A stretch of DNA of 64,000 bases from Prevotella sp. (GCA_031285625.1 JAITVV010000092.1:96001-160000); one strand, 5' to 3'; positions 21,673 through 33,878 are shown, numbered from the stretch's first letter. Notes: generated by a model from the letters alone, not told the origin. Program-made: numbers and translations.

Positions 21673-22626
21673 ATGGCATTTTTTTCAGGAAACAAACAAG
21701 CTGACGATCAGGACGAGACGGCAAAAAACATCTTTCTGTTCGAGCTTGTTCAAAAGAATATCCTAGTAACGGGAGCTAACGGTCAGCTAGGTAGCGAGAT
21801 CCGGCGAATATCGGCAAATCATGAGAATAACTTTAAGTTTTTCTTCACAGATGTAGCTGAACTAGATATTACAGATCTACAGGCTATAGATCGTTTTATC
21901 AAAGAAAATAATATAAAATACATTATCAATTGTGCCGCGTATACAGCTGTAGACAAAGCTGAAGATGATGTAGACCTATGTTATAAAATTAATCGTGATG
22001 CTGCAAAAAATCTAGGTATCGCAGCTACAAATAACAATGCTAAAGTTATACATGTTTCTACGGACTATGTGTATGATGGAACAGCTAATAAGCCTTATGT
22101 AGAAACAGATGCTGTAAACCCTCAATCGATATATGGTAAATCCAAACTGGATGGAGAGAATGAGTTAACAAAAGCTTGTCCTGAAAGCATTATTATTCGC
22201 ACAGCCTGGTTGTATTCAATCTATGGGAACAACTTTGTAAAAACAATGATAAAGCTTGGAAAAGAACGTGACACATTAAATGTAATTGCTGACCAGACAG
22301 GTACTCCGACAAATGCAGCTGATCTGGCCCAGGCAATCATAAAAATCTTAGACTTTAGTGAAGCTAATAAATTTATACCCGGAATATATCATTATTCTAA
22401 TGAGGGTATTACCACATGGTATGATTTTACATTAGCAATACATAAAGATGCAGGTATTACATCCTGCAAAGTAAATTCAATCACTACAGATCAATATCCG
22501 ACTAAAGCAACCAGACCTAAGTATAGTGTATTAGAGAAAGCTAAAATAAAATCCACATTTAATCTTTCTATACCTAAATGGGAAGAAAGTTTAAACATTT
22601 GCATCAAAGAATTGTTATCAATATAA
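21673..22626 (+). CDS. rfbD: dTDP-4-dehydrorhamnose reductase
   Basis: GANGQLG, NCAAYTAVD, STDYVYDG, YGKSK. Confidence 0.95.
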   Translation: MAFFSGNKQADDQDETAKNIFLFELVQKNILVTGANGQLGSEIRRISANHENNFKFFFTDVAELDITDLQAIDRFIKENNIKYIINCAAYTAVDKAEDDVDLCYKINRDAAKNLGIAATNNNAKVIHVSTDYVYDGTANKPYVETDAVNPQSIYGKSKLDGENELTKACPESIIIRTAWLYSIYGNNFVKTMIKLGKERDTLNVIADQTGTPTNAADLAQAIIKILDFSEANKFIPGIYHYSNEGITTWYDFTLAIHKDAGITSCKVNSITTDQYPTKATRPKYSVLEKAKIKSTFNLSIPKWEESLNICIKELLSI

Positions 22627-22662
22627 CGTATTATAATTCACTCACAGCTATATTTTAGCGCA

Positions 22663-23217
22663 ATGAATAAGATTTATCTTTTCAATTTGATACTCTTTAC
22701 AACATTCGTTTCCTGCCAAAGCAAACAGGAGAATAATTTGAAAGCTCAATTAGGTACTTTGAATGTAGAACTTACCGAAACTTTTCTTAGCAGTAAAGCT
22801 GACAGTATCGACTTAACAGATGTTTTGAGACTTACTCAGAAAGAGTATGATGATTTACAGTTATCTAAAGTTAAAGGGCTGGAAGGTTATGAATTAAGTG
22901 ACCTGACCATGGGACAGGTATTATTGGATAATGCCAATGGTACAATACTCACAATACAGATTATCACAGATGGCGAGATTACTGAGTATCTTCTCAGTTA
23001 CGACAAAGACGGAAATTTGGTAGATAACCTTATTGTTGCCTATGAAGATATGGTAGAATATTATAGTGAAATATCTTCAAAAATAAATTCTGATTTAATT
23101 ACCGTACAAACGGTTAATTTTACCTATGGTGATGAAGATGGCAACCAGACTGAAGCTTCTGACACTGCTATTGCCAAATATCAAATCACACCGGAGTTTA
23201 AGTTTGTAATGAATTGA
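22663..23217 (+). CDS. Hypothetical lipoprotein
   Basis: Lipobox FVSC, acidic mature region. Confidence 0.7.
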   Translation: MNKIYLFNLILFTTFVSCQSKQENNLKAQLGTLNVELTETFLSSKADSIDLTDVLRLTQKEYDDLQLSKVKGLEGYELSDLTMGQVLLDNANGTILTIQIITDGEITEYLLSYDKDGNLVDNLIVAYEDMVEYYSEISSKINSDLITVQTVNFTYGDEDGNQTEASDTAIAKYQITPEFKFVMN

Positions 23218-23353
23218 AATTCCGTAATATTTAGCAAGATTAATAAAGATTTCTTGCAACACACTATTTTAAACAAAAGACAACAACACATAATCCAGAA
23301 TTAATACAATTGTATTAATTCTGGATTTTATCACAACGCTCAAAACCGTTAAA

Positions 23354-24523
23354 ATGAAGCAAAAACTTTTTTTTGTGGGTATCTTTATTTCGATACTCTT
23401 ACTTCCTTCTACTACGAAAGCACAGGTAACAATCGGATCTAATCTTACACCTAATACAGGGGCATTATTAGACTTGAAAGAAAATGCAAATAAAGATACA
23501 AATGCAAATAAAGGGTTATTACTACCACGCGTAATGTTAGAAGACATAGGGAATCTATACCCTATGTTTACGAATGGAGATCCCCTTTATACAGATACAG
23601 AAAAGGATCTGCATACCGGACTAATAGTATATAACCTTAAAGATGATCCTGCAAATGGATTATGCCCCGGGCCTTATGTATGGGAAAACTCTAGCTGGAA
23701 CAGACTATTAGAACCTTGTGAATATACTCCGCCGTCAACACTTACCATTGAGTGCCCGATAACAACACCTATTGTTTCCGGAACTAAAGGCGCAACAATG
23801 TCAGGGACAATAGTACCAATCCCGTACACAATCACGGGAGCCCTTCCTTATCAACTGACAGGTTCATCCGTAACATATAACGGATTGACTGCAACTGTAG
23901 CAGATCAGTCCTTAAGTTCTAATTCGGGTACCATTAATATCACTATTAGCGGCAATCCTACGAATGATACTGGTGGGCTTTATGAATGGTCTATACCTAT
24001 AGGGCAAGGACAAGCATCCTGTAAAGTAAACTTAAGTGTAACAACCCCTCCAATAGGCACTGATTGTGCCACAACTAACAGTCCTGGAGTAGCGCTTGTA
24101 TTCAGCTATAACAGCAAATGGTACGCGGTTAAAATAGGATCACTTAATGGAAATGCAGTTGCTGCACTAAATGAACACGACACAGAGGAATCTGCATTAA
24201 GGGATCCTGAAGGACTTCAGTTTTGTTCAAATCTATCCGGACCGAGATGTGTACCAGTATTTTCAAGGGATGGTGTTAGGTATAATACTCAATTCTTCAC
24301 TGTGAATTCGATTAGTAGCGAAAATAACGGAGTAGTTGCATTTAGTGGGTGTACACAATCTATGATAGCAAACCCTGGAGAAATGCTTAGTTATCAGAAT
24401 GCCACTATTCCTCCAATGGCTACATCCGGAAATCTCGGAGCTATAACAGTTAACGGTACATTATATCTAGGTTATGTTACCGGAGCTGGAGGTATATTGA
24501 CAACCAAAAGTATTATCTACTAA
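23354..24523 (+). CDS. Secreted protein of the QVTIGS...ALLDLKE...KGLLLPRV type
   Basis: Signal peptide, N-terminal motif common in Bacteroidota surface proteins, Thr/Gly/Cys-rich beta domains. Confidence 0.7.
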   Translation: MKQKLFFVGIFISILLLPSTTKAQVTIGSNLTPNTGALLDLKENANKDTNANKGLLLPRVMLEDIGNLYPMFTNGDPLYTDTEKDLHTGLIVYNLKDDPANGLCPGPYVWENSSWNRLLEPCEYTPPSTLTIECPITTPIVSGTKGATMSGTIVPIPYTITGALPYQLTGSSVTYNGLTATVADQSLSSNSGTINITISGNPTNDTGGLYEWSIPIGQGQASCKVNLSVTTPPIGTDCATTNSPGVALVFSYNSKWYAVKIGSLNGNAVAALNEHDTEESALRDPEGLQFCSNLSGPRCVPVFSRDGVRYNTQFFTVNSISSENNGVVAFSGCTQSMIANPGEMLSYQNATIPPMATSGNLGAITVNGTLYLGYVTGAGGILTTKSIIY

Positions 24524-24538
24524 GATATAGTATGAGGG

Positions 24539-24570
24539 AAATAGCCAGCTGATTACAGCAGGCTATTTTT
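24539..24570 (+). terminator. Intrinsic terminator
   Basis: AAATAGCCAGCTG...CAGCAGGCTATTTT. Confidence 0.65.
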
Positions 24571-24657
24571 ATATTCCGATCCATAATCATGTAAATACAG
24601 TATTAGGATTTATTCTCCTTTTTTTTTAGTATTTTTGCAGCTTATTAGAAAAATTCA

Positions 24658-26238
24658 ATGAGCGAACTCGAAAAAGAAATTCACAGAAGGCGTACATTTG
24701 CCATTATCAGTCACCCCGATGCAGGGAAAACGACCCTCACAGAAAAGTTATTATTATTCGGAGGTGCAATTCACGTTGCAGGAGCAGTAAAATCGAACAA
24801 GATAAAGAAAACAGCCACTTCGGACTGGATGGAGATAGAGAAACAACGTGGTATCTCTGTTGCTACGTCCGTTATGGGATTCGAATACGATGGCTACAAA
24901 ATAAACATTCTCGATACACCCGGTCACCAGGATTTTGCAGAAGATACGTATCGCACTCTTACTGCAGTAGATAGTGTAATTATAGCTGTCGACTCAGCGA
25001 AAGGTGTAGAGGCCCAAACACGTAAACTGATGGAAGTATGCCGCATGCGCCATACTCCGGTGATGATATTTGTAAACAAAATGGATAGAGAGGGGCGAGA
25101 CCCTTTCGAACTTCTTGACGAGCTGGAAGCAGAATTACAAATAAATGTACGTCCGCTAAGTTGGCCTATCGACAGCGGGCAACGCTTTAAAGGCGTTTAT
25201 AATATCTACCAGGAAAAGCTGGATCTATATACACCCAGCAAGCAAACAGTAACAGAATCTATCGGATTTAAGGATATAAACCACCCCGATCTGGAAAAAC
25301 ATATTGGAGTACCGCTTGCAGCCAAACTAAGGGAAGATATTGAATTGATAAATGGAGTATATTCGGATTTAGACATAGATGCTTATCTCAAAGGACAAGT
25401 TGCTCCGGTATTTTTTGGTTCTGCTTTAAACAATTTCGGAGTAAAGGAACTACTCGATTGTTTTGTACAGATTGCACCATCACCCCGGCCTATAGAGGCA
25501 GTAGAGCGTGTTGTGGAACCGGAAGAAGAAACATTCACAGGATTCATATTCAAGATACATGCCAATATGGACCCCAATCACCGCTCATGTATTGCTTTTG
25601 TAAAAATCTGCTCCGGTAAGTTTGAGCGAAATGTCAATTATAAGCATATGCGTTTAAACAGAACGATGAAGTTCTCCTCCCCCACTGCTTTTATGGCACA
25701 AAAGAAAGAAACAGTCGATGAAGCATATGCCGGAGATATAGTTGGTCTGCCTGACACCGGAAACTTCAAGATTGGTGATACACTTACCTCCGGGGAAGAC
25801 CTACACTTTAAAGGACTACCTAGCTTCTCTCCTGAAATGTTTAAATACATAGAAAACGCTGATCCAATGAAAGCTAAACAGCTTCAGAAAGGCATTGACC
25901 AACTTATGGATGAAGGTGTTGCCCAGTTATTTACAAATCAGTTTAACGGACGAAAGATTATTGGTACTGTAGGACAGTTACAATTTGAGGTAATTCAATA
26001 CCGTTTACTTCATGAATATGGCGCCCAATGTAGATGGGAACCAATTAATTTGTATAAAGCATGCTGGATTGAGAGTGAAAACAAACAACAGTTAGATGAT
26101 TTCAAAAAACGTAAAGCTCAATACATGGCAAGTGACAAAGAGGGACGAGACGTTTTTCTTGCTGATTCGAACTATGTGCTAATGATGGCTCAGCAGGATT
26201 TTAAAGATATAAAATTCCATTTCACTTCGGAGTTTTAG
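24658..26238 (+). CDS. prfC: Peptide chain release factor 3
   Basis: [36 protein letters not shown]. Confidence 0.97.
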   Translation: MSELEKEIHRRRTFAIISHPDAGKTTLTEKLLLFGGAIHVAGAVKSNKIKKTATSDWMEIEKQRGISVATSVMGFEYDGYKINILDTPGHQDFAEDTYRTLTAVDSVIIAVDSAKGVEAQTRKLMEVCRMRHTPVMIFVNKMDREGRDPFELLDELEAELQINVRPLSWPIDSGQRFKGVYNIYQEKLDLYTPSKQTVTESIGFKDINHPDLEKHIGVPLAAKLREDIELINGVYSDLDIDAYLKGQVAPVFFGSALNNFGVKELLDCFVQIAPSPRPIEAVERVVEPEEETFTGFIFKIHANMDPNHRSCIAFVKICSGKFERNVNYKHMRLNRTMKFSSPTAFMAQKKETVDEAYAGDIVGLPDTGNFKIGDTLTSGEDLHFKGLPSFSPEMFKYIENADPMKAKQLQKGIDQLMDEGVAQLFTNQFNGRKIIGTVGQLQFEVIQYRLLHEYGAQCRWEPINLYKACWIESENKQQLDDFKKRKAQYMASDKEGRDVFLADSNYVLMMAQQDFKDIKFHFTSEF

Positions 26239-26244
26239 CCTGAT

Positions 26245-27003
26245 ATGACAAATATACTCATCAACCCGGAATACAGTCAGCTAGAAGGTTTTATTACAAA
26301 TCTTCCGGTAACTTTTTCTCACGCAGGAGAGACAGTCTATTCGGGACGTAATATTATAAAATTATTTGACATACAAGGCCTTACTATAAATGTAAAGTCA
26401 TTTAAAAAACCAATATTTATCAATCAAATTGCCTATACAACTTTCAGAAATTCTAAAGCCAGACGTTCCTACGAATATGCATTAAAACTGGAAGAGAAAG
26501 GCTTTAATACTCCTGATCCGATAGCATATATTGAACAAAAAACATTAGGATTACTAAAACACAGCTTTTATATATCTGTAAATGAAAACTTTGATGGTAT
26601 TATGCAAGAGCTGAAAACCGGAAAAATCGAAGACCTGAAAGAGTTACTATATCACTTTGCCCGATACACAGCAAGATTACATGAAGAGCAAATATTGCAT
26701 TTAGACTATTCTTCAGGGAATATATTATATAAGACAGTAAAGGGCAATTACATCTTCTATCTGGTAGATTTGAACAGAATGATATTCGACAAACCTATCG
26801 ATATGGATACAGCATGCTTCAATTTCAGGCGGTTGTGGGGCAGTGATGAAATGATAAATGTATTTGTAGAAGAATATGCAAAATCGAGAGGTTTTGATAC
26901 TGCAACCTGCCTAAAGAAAACATTTGAATACAGAAAAAAATTTTGGGATACATTTACCAGAAAACATCCCGGATCCTCTCCATATTCTGGGCATGGTGAA
27001 TAG
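26245..27003 (+). CDS. Kdo/WaaP/InaA-family lipopolysaccharide kinase
   Basis: VKSFK, LHLDYSSGNIL, LVDLNR. Confidence 0.85.
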   Translation: MTNILINPEYSQLEGFITNLPVTFSHAGETVYSGRNIIKLFDIQGLTINVKSFKKPIFINQIAYTTFRNSKARRSYEYALKLEEKGFNTPDPIAYIEQKTLGLLKHSFYISVNENFDGIMQELKTGKIEDLKELLYHFARYTARLHEEQILHLDYSSGNILYKTVKGNYIFYLVDLNRMIFDKPIDMDTACFNFRRLWGSDEMINVFVEEYAKSRGFDTATCLKKTFEYRKKFWDTFTRKHPGSSPYSGHGE

Positions 27004-27149
27004 TGTGGCTTGATGAAATCCTGATGAATAAGGATAATATATCGATAAAATTATCTAATATAAGTATCAACTAACAATATGCAAAGTGACAGAACAAATT
27101 GAAATAAGCTGTTTACTTTGTCACTTTTGTCACTTTTAATTAAAATCAA

Positions 27150-27683
27150 ATGATGGATGCCAAAGTAACCCTTATCAAAGGTGATATAACAACTATAAAT
27201 GTTGATATCATTGTAAATGCTGCTAATTCGTCTTTGCTTGGCGGAGGTGGAGTAGATGGTGCTATACATCGCAAAGGTGGAGGGCAGATACTTGAAGAAT
27301 GTAAAGTTATCCGAAACAGGCAAGGCGGTTGTAAGACAGGGGAAGCCGTATACACAACAGCCGGATTACTACCTGCCAAGTATGTGATCCATACGGTTGG
27401 TCCTGTGTGGAATGGAGGAAGTAAAAATGAGAGAGAATCATTAGCTAATTGTTATATTAATTCTTTAAGGTTAGCCAATGAACTGAATGTAAAGACTATT
27501 GCTTTCCCTAATATAAGTACAGGAATTTATCATTTTCCCAAGAAAGAAGCTGCGGATATAGCTTTTCAAGCTGTTAATAGCTTTATGAATGGTGAAAATA
27601 AAACTCTGGTCGAGGTACAATTTGTTTGCTTTGATGATGAGAATTACAAATTATATGAGACTATTCTAGGTAAGAATCAGTAA
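27150..27683 (+). CDS. MacroD-type macrodomain O-acetyl-ADP-ribose deacetylase (YmdB-like)
   Basis: [40 protein letters not shown]. Confidence 0.93.
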   Translation: MMDAKVTLIKGDITTINVDIIVNAANSSLLGGGGVDGAIHRKGGGQILEECKVIRNRQGGCKTGEAVYTTAGLLPAKYVIHTVGPVWNGGSKNERESLANCYINSLRLANELNVKTIAFPNISTGIYHFPKKEAADIAFQAVNSFMNGENKTLVEVQFVCFDDENYKLYETILGKNQ

Positions 27684-28357
27684 ATCATCTTATAACCTAT
27701 ACCTCTGATGTTTATGATCTGTATTCTTGAATCGAAAGATAGCTTTTTTCTGAGTTTCACAATAAAGACATGGAGGCTGCGGGTATTGAAGAAACTGTCG
27801 TCACCCCATAGTTCCATTAGTACAGCTTTGTTTTCTACAATATTATTCTGATTGGAGCAAAGCCGTTCCAAAATTGCAGCTTCACGGTGAGAAAGGATTT
27901 CTGTTTTTTGAGAATGGACAAGTTTTTGCTGTATGGAATCGAAAGTGTACTCGCCTATCTGGTATATCTTATTTTGTGGTATCTCGTTTTGTACACGGTT
28001 TAGCAGAGCTTTTATACGAACGATAAGCTCATCCATTCCAAATGGTTTTTTCAAATAGTCATTTCCTCCTATTTCGAATCCTTGTACTACATCATCGGTT
28101 CTTGATTTGGCACTCAGGAACAGGATTGGTGTTTGCTTATCACTCTGGCGAATTAATTGAGCCATACTGAACCCATCCATCTTAGGCATCATAATATCTG
28201 CTACCACAATATCAGGTTTTATTTTGTGGAACATTTCCAAACCGATATATCCATTTTCGGCACATTCTACCGAAAACTCTCTTTTTTCAAGTGCGTCTTT
28301 AACGATCATCGATAAGGCAGGCTCATCTTCAACTAATAATACCTTTATTTTATTCAT
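27677..28357 (-). CDS. OmpR-family response regulator
   Basis: LVEDE, DIMMP, LSAK, KPF, winged-helix C-terminus (RGIGY). Confidence 0.95.
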   Translation of the reverse strand: MNKIKVLLVEDEPALSMIVKDALEKREFSVECAENGYIGLEMFHKIKPDIVVADIMMPKMDGFSMAQLIRQSDKQTPILFLSAKSRTDDVVQGFEIGGNDYLKKPFGMDELIVRIKALLNRVQNEIPQNKIYQIGEYTFDSIQQKLVHSQKTEILSHREAAILERLCSNQNNIVENKAVLMELWGDDSFFNTRSLHVFIVKLRKKLSFDSRIQIINIRGIGYKMIY

Positions 28358-29748
28358 TCTATAATTATTTTAAAACAAGTTCCCTTTCCTTCTGCACTTT
28401 CTACTTTTATTTCCCAACCATGTTTATCTACTATTGTTTTTACATATGATAATCCCAATCCGTAGCCTTTTACATCGTGGATATTACCAGTGGATACCCT
28501 GTAGAACTTATCAAAGATCTTGTCCAAAGAACTATTGGGAATTCCTATTCCATTATCAGTAATAGATATTATTGTTTTACTACCTGCCTGGTAAGCTGAT
28601 AACTTGATATTTACACTCTCTTTTGAATATTTAATGGCGTTTTCGATCAAGTTGCTGATCACATTCTCAAAGTGCAATTTATCGGCTTCTACGTTTAACC
28701 CCGTTGGTTCAACGTCAATTGTAAACGCAACAGGTTTGGAGGTATTTAATAAGAACTTATTTTTTTGATTCTCGAAAACTCTATCCAGCTCTATATCTTC
28801 AAATACAAGTTTCAGGTTTTTTCGTTCTTCAACCGACATTGTTAAGATTTGCTCTACCAATCTGTTGAGATACATTAATTGCTCACGCGAGATAGTCAGG
28901 TATTTATCGCGTTTTTCAGGATCGTCACCCATACCGAAATTTTGTAAAGCATCTACGGCAGCGTATGTTACTGATATTGGAGTCTTCAGTTCATGAGTCA
29001 TATTATTAATAAAGTCTCCCTTTATTTCATCTATGGTTTTCTGCCGTAATATTATCTTTATCAGATAAACATATGTAACGATAAGTAATATTACCATCAA
29101 TACAGATACAGTAACCAATCCCCACATATCTTTAAAAATATACCATTTAGGGTTATCCATATATAAAATATATGAGTGCATACCATCATTTATACTTTCT
29201 ATAGCATATTCTGCACTATTTTTTATATCAAAAGATATATGAGGAATTTGTGTCACCAGACTGTCTGTCTCTGTTACCCTGCATTGGATAATATGAGGCA
29301 TATTGAGTCCCTGAGCAGATAAGTCTGCAGTCAATATACTATCAAACCTTACTAAATCCAATGGTTGTATACTTTCCATAGCGGATAGAAACCCTCTTTT
29401 TAAATGAACGGTTATATATTGTAGATCTGCAAAAATGGAATCAGGATTATTTTCTCCACTCGTACTGTCTCTGGAAAAACTCATACTAAAAGATGCTTCA
29501 TCTTTATTTTTAGATGAATCTGTTTGTAATCCAGTATCTTCCTTCTCTTGGTTTTTCTTCGTTGACACCATCGCCATCCTTATAGATAGCTCTTTAAAAG
29601 TACTGCTTTCAATAGTATTGTTCACTACTGTTTCCATCTTTTGGTATTGCTGGTTGTGAAAATTTACAAGCCAGTAAGTCTGATAAGTACACACTGATAC
29701 TAATAGAATTAAGATGACAGTAGCGGTAAGTTTGAGACGAAATTTCAT
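28354..29748 (-). CDS. Sensor histidine kinase
   Basis: Two TM helices, THELKTP, NLIENAIKY, DNGIG, GYGLGL. Confidence 0.95.
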   Translation of the reverse strand: MKFRLKLTATVILILLVSVCTYQTYWLVNFHNQQYQKMETVVNNTIESSTFKELSIRMAMVSTKKNQEKEDTGLQTDSSKNKDEASFSMSFSRDSTSGENNPDSIFADLQYITVHLKRGFLSAMESIQPLDLVRFDSILTADLSAQGLNMPHIIQCRVTETDSLVTQIPHISFDIKNSAEYAIESINDGMHSYILYMDNPKWYIFKDMWGLVTVSVLMVILLIVTYVYLIKIILRQKTIDEIKGDFINNMTHELKTPISVTYAAVDALQNFGMGDDPEKRDKYLTISREQLMYLNRLVEQILTMSVEERKNLKLVFEDIELDRVFENQKNKFLLNTSKPVAFTIDVEPTGLNVEADKLHFENVISNLIENAIKYSKESVNIKLSAYQAGSKTIISITDNGIGIPNSSLDKIFDKFYRVSTGNIHDVKGYGLGLSYVKTIVDKHGWEIKVESAEGKGTCFKIIIE

Positions 29749-29950
29749 ATTTCTTTTTTATAGTTATGACAAAAGTAAGGAATCAGTTTGTAACAAAAAA
29801 TAGCGATAACACTAAATAACAGTACTTGTTTTTATTTTGATCGATATCTTTTTCACATTATTAATAACTAACAGAATGTTGAGAGATATACCTTATAGAA
29901 TTTTTCATTATCTTTGTCCACAATTTTTTAAGCAGATTATAATACACATT

Positions 29951-32900
29951 ATGAGTAAGCAGTTTTCAGAGTATAATCGATTTAACTTATCTGATATCAA
30001 TAAAGAGATATTAGAAAAATGGGACAAAGAAGGCATATTTCAGCAGAGTCTGGATATACGTGAAGGGGCTCCATCTTTCGTTTTCTACGAAGGACCTCCG
30101 TCAGCAAATGGCATGCCGGGTATTCACCATGTAATGGCAAGATCGGTTAAGGATATTTTCTGCCGTTATAAGACCATGAAAGGTTTCCTTGTTAACCGCA
30201 AGGCCGGATGGGATACTCATGGCTTACCTGTAGAGCTTGCTGTAGAAAAGAAACTGGGAATAACCAAAGAAGATATTGGTAAAAAAATATCTGTAAAAGA
30301 ATATAACGATGCCTGCCGCAAGGAGGTAATGAAATATACTGGAGAATGGGAAAATCTGACCCGTATTATGGGATACTGGGTAGATATGAATGATCCTTAT
30401 GTTACTTATGATAACCGTTATATAGAAACACTCTGGTTCTTACTGAAAGAATTATATAAAAAAGGGTATTTGTATAAAGGTTATACAATTCAACCTTATT
30501 CTCCTGCTGCAGGAACAGGATTAAGCACACATGAATTGAATATGCCAGGTGCATATCGTGATGTAAAAGATACAACTTGTGTAGCACAGTTTAAAATAAA
30601 GGATCCTAAGCCTGAAATGTCTCAATTTGGAGAAGCTTTCTTTTTGGCATGGACAACCACCCCGTGGACATTACCTTCAAATACAGCTTTAACTGTAGGA
30701 CCTGAAATAACATATGTTGCTGTACAATCGTACAATCCATACACAGGTAATAAGATAACTGCTGTAATGGCAAAATCACTTGTCTACAGTATGTTTAATG
30801 AGAAGGCTAAAGATTTGTCTTTAGAAGACTATAAAGCCGGAGATAAGCTGATCCCATATAAGATAGTAGGAGAATGGAAAGGCAACGAGTTGGCGGGAAT
30901 GGAATATGAGCAACTTATACCTTGGATGAATCCTGGAGAGGGAGCCTTCAAAGTGTTGGTTGGAGATTTTGTTACAACAGAAGATGGTACCGGTATAGTA
31001 CACACAGCTCCAACCTTTGGAGCAGATGATGCAAAAGTAGCCAAAGCAAATAATATTCCTGCACTTTTATTGTTGGACAAAGACGAAAACCTGCGTCCGA
31101 TGGTAGACCTTACCGGTAAATTTTTCAGATTGGAAGATCTGGATCCGGAATATGTAAAAAACAACGTTAATGTTGATTTATATAAAGAATATGCAGGCCG
31201 TTATGTGAAGAATGAATATGACGATACATTGCCTGCTGATGCATCCACTCTGGATATCGATCTAAGTGTGATGTTGAAACAGCAAAACAGGGCATTCAAA
31301 ATAGAACGTCATGTCCACAATTACCCACATTGTTGGCGTACAGACAAACCTGTATTATACTATCCTTTAGATAGCTGGTTTATAAAAACGACAGCGAGCC
31401 GTGAGCGTATGATGGAACTCAATAAAACCATCAACTGGAAGCCTGAATCGACTGGTACGGGACGTTTTGGTAAATGGCTCGAAAATTTACAGGACTGGAA
31501 TCTGAGCCGTAGCCGTTACTGGGGAACTCCTCTACCTATCTGGAGAACAGAAGATGGTAAAGAAGAAAAATGTATCGGTTCTATGAAAGAGCTTTATGCC
31601 GAAATACAAAAAGCAGGAGAAGCCGGAGTAATGAAGGAAATACCTTGGAATGATTTTGAAATAGGTAATCTGGATAAGGGCAATTATGAAAAGATAGATC
31701 TTCACCGTCCATATGTCGATGAAATCGTACTTGTTTCGGATTCGGGGCAGCCGATGATGCGTGAAAAGGATCTTATCGATGTTTGGTTCGACTCTGGAGC
31801 CATGCCTTTTGCTCAGGTCTTTTATCCAAATATAAGCGAAGAGGAGTTTTCAAAAGTCTATCCGGCCGATTTTATCGCAGAAGGAGTTGATCAGACACGT
31901 GGATGGTTCTTTACATTACATGCTATATCAACAATGTTTAAGGATAGCATCTCCTTTAAGAATGTTATCTCTAATGGACTTGTCTTAGATAAGAATGGCA
32001 ATAAAATGTCAAAGAGTAAAGGAAATGTTATAAACCCATTTGAAACGATCGAAAAATATGGTTCAGACCCTTTGCGCTGGTATATGATTACAAATGCATC
32101 GCCTTGGGATAACCTGAAATTCGACTTGGAAGGAGTAGAGGAAGTACGTCGTAAATTCTTTGGAACATTATATAATACATATTCGTTCTTTGCTCTATAT
32201 GCAAATGTAGATAATTTCTCTTTCGAGGAGGACTTGATACCTGTATCAGAACGTCCTGAGATAGACCGTTGGATAATATCATTGCTCAATACTCTGATAA
32301 AAGATGTGGATGAGTATTATAATACCTATGAGCCTACAAAGGCAGGACGTGCAATATCTGATTTTGTAAACGATAATCTGAGTAACTGGTATGTTCGTCT
32401 CAACAGAAAACGTTTCTGGGGAGGTGAGATGACTAAAGATAAACTATCTGCATATCAGACTCTATACATCTGTTTAGAAACGGTGGCTAAGCTAATGGCT
32501 CCAATATCGCCGTTTTATTCGGATAAATTATTCTGTGATCTGGTTGCAGTATCGGGTAGAGAAAAGGTGGCTTCGGTTCACTTAACAAATTATCCGGCGT
32601 ATGAACCATCTGTCGTGGATAAGTGTTTAGAGGAACGTATGCAAATTGCGCAGGATATATCTTCTGCTGTCTTAGCTCTTCGTCGTAAGACTAATATAAA
32701 GGTTCGCCAGCCATTGATGCAAATCATGATACCTGTGTTGAATGAACAACAAGGCAAGGATATAGATGCAGTTTGTGAACTTATACTGAATGAGGTTAAT
32801 GTTAAGGAATTGAAGTATGTAGATAATGCAATGGGTATCTTGGTTAAGAAGGTAAAACCCGACTTCAAGAAACTTGGACCTCGGTATGGTAAGATAATGA

Positions 32901-33361
32901 AACAACTTGCAGCTGAGGTACAAGGCATGGCTCAGGAGGCTATTGCTGCACTCGAGAAAGATGGTAATTACACTTTTGATATAGATGGACAATCAGCTAC
33001 TATCGAAATGGCTGATGTAGAGATCATATCGGAAGATATACCCGGATGGCTGGTAGCTAATGCCGGAAAACTTACAGTCGCCCTTGATGTAACAATTACG
33101 GATGACTTGAGGAAAGAAGGTATAGCCCGCGAGTTAGTAAACCGCATACAAAATATACGTAAATCGAGCGGATTTGAGATAACTGATAGAATAAATATAA
33201 AAATATCTGATCAGGAGCAGATAAGAGATACTATTTCAGAATACAAGGATTATATTGCTTCTCAGGTACTTGCAGATAAAGTTGAATTATCGGATACAGT
33301 TACGGGGCAGAATGTAGACATGGATGACTATATTTTACATATATCAGTAGAAAAAGTCTGA
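29951..33361 (+). CDS. ileS: Isoleucyl-tRNA synthetase (type 2)
   Basis: EGPPSANGMPGIHH, GWDTHGLPVE, WTTTPWT, KMSKS; start moved to MSKQF. Confidence 0.97.
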   Translation: MSKQFSEYNRFNLSDINKEILEKWDKEGIFQQSLDIREGAPSFVFYEGPPSANGMPGIHHVMARSVKDIFCRYKTMKGFLVNRKAGWDTHGLPVELAVEKKLGITKEDIGKKISVKEYNDACRKEVMKYTGEWENLTRIMGYWVDMNDPYVTYDNRYIETLWFLLKELYKKGYLYKGYTIQPYSPAAGTGLSTHELNMPGAYRDVKDTTCVAQFKIKDPKPEMSQFGEAFFLAWTTTPWTLPSNTALTVGPEITYVAVQSYNPYTGNKITAVMAKSLVYSMFNEKAKDLSLEDYKAGDKLIPYKIVGEWKGNELAGMEYEQLIPWMNPGEGAFKVLVGDFVTTEDGTGIVHTAPTFGADDAKVAKANNIPALLLLDKDENLRPMVDLTGKFFRLEDLDPEYVKNNVNVDLYKEYAGRYVKNEYDDTLPADASTLDIDLSVMLKQQNRAFKIERHVHNYPHCWRTDKPVLYYPLDSWFIKTTASRERMMELNKTINWKPESTGTGRFGKWLENLQDWNLSRSRYWGTPLPIWRTEDGKEEKCIGSMKELYAEIQKAGEAGVMKEIPWNDFEIGNLDKGNYEKIDLHRPYVDEIVLVSDSGQPMMREKDLIDVWFDSGAMPFAQVFYPNISEEEFSKVYPADFIAEGVDQTRGWFFTLHAISTMFKDSISFKNVISNGLVLDKNGNKMSKSKGNVINPFETIEKYGSDPLRWYMITNASPWDNLKFDLEGVEEVRRKFFGTLYNTYSFFALYANVDNFSFEEDLIPVSERPEIDRWIISLLNTLIKDVDEYYNTYEPTKAGRAISDFVNDNLSNWYVRLNRKRFWGGEMTKDKLSAYQTLYICLETVAKLMAPISPFYSDKLFCDLVAVSGREKVASVHLTNYPAYEPSVVDKCLEERMQIAQDISSAVLALRRKTNIKVRQPLMQIMIPVLNEQQGKDIDAVCELILNEVNVKELKYVDNAMGILVKKVKPDFKKLGPRYGKIMKQLAAEVQGMAQEAIAALEKDGNYTFDIDGQSATIEMADVEIISEDIPGWLVANAGKLTVALDVTITDDLRKEGIARELVNRIQNIRKSSGFEITDRINIKISDQEQIRDTISEYKDYIASQVLADKVELSDTVTGQNVDMDDYILHISVEKV

Positions 33362-33497
33362 CAAAAAGTATTATCTTTAAGAAAATAAGTAGCTGTAAAA
33401 TTTAATGCAACAGTATTTAATCATAACTAACATTGTTATTTTACATAAAAAATAGTAAATAGGTCTATGACCTAAAACAAGAATAAAAACTAACATT

Positions 33498-33878
33498 ATG
33501 GCAGAAAAAACAAGATATTCGGATGAGGAATTGAATGAATTCCGCGATATTATTCTAGAGAAGCTAAACAAGGCTAAAGTAGAATATGAAGAATTGAGAG
33601 CAGCTATAACAAATGCTGATGGTAATGATGTTACCGATACTTCTCCTACATTCAAAGTATTGGAAGAAGGTGCATCTACGTTATCGAAAGAGGAAGCCGG
33701 ACGTTTAGCTCAACGTCAGATGAAGTTTATTCAAAATTTACAATCGGCTCTTATTCGTATCGAGAACAAAACATATGGTATTTGCCGCGAAACAGGCAAG
33801 CTTATACCAAAAGAACGTTTACGTGCTGTACCTCATGCTACATTGAGTATAGAGGCTAAAAACAGCGGAGTAAAGTAA
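33498..33878 (+). CDS. DksA/TraR-family protein
   Basis: Coiled coil plus YGICRETGKLIPKERLRAVPHA; conserved ileS-dksA-lspA order. Confidence 0.9.
   Translation: MAEKTRYSDEELNEFRDIILEKLNKAKVEYEELRAAITNADGNDVTDTSPTFKVLEEGASTLSKEEAGRLAQRQMKFIQNLQSALIRIENKTYGICRETGKLIPKERLRAVPHATLSIEAKNSGVK

Noticed and set aside
29806-29822. ATAACA-N5-ATAACA direct repeat before the histidine kinase
   Set aside because: Plausible OmpR-type autoregulatory site, but a single short AT-rich instance is insufficient
29951-33878. Type 2 IleRS and one-Cys DksA as novelties
   Set aside because: Both are the normal Bacteroidota forms
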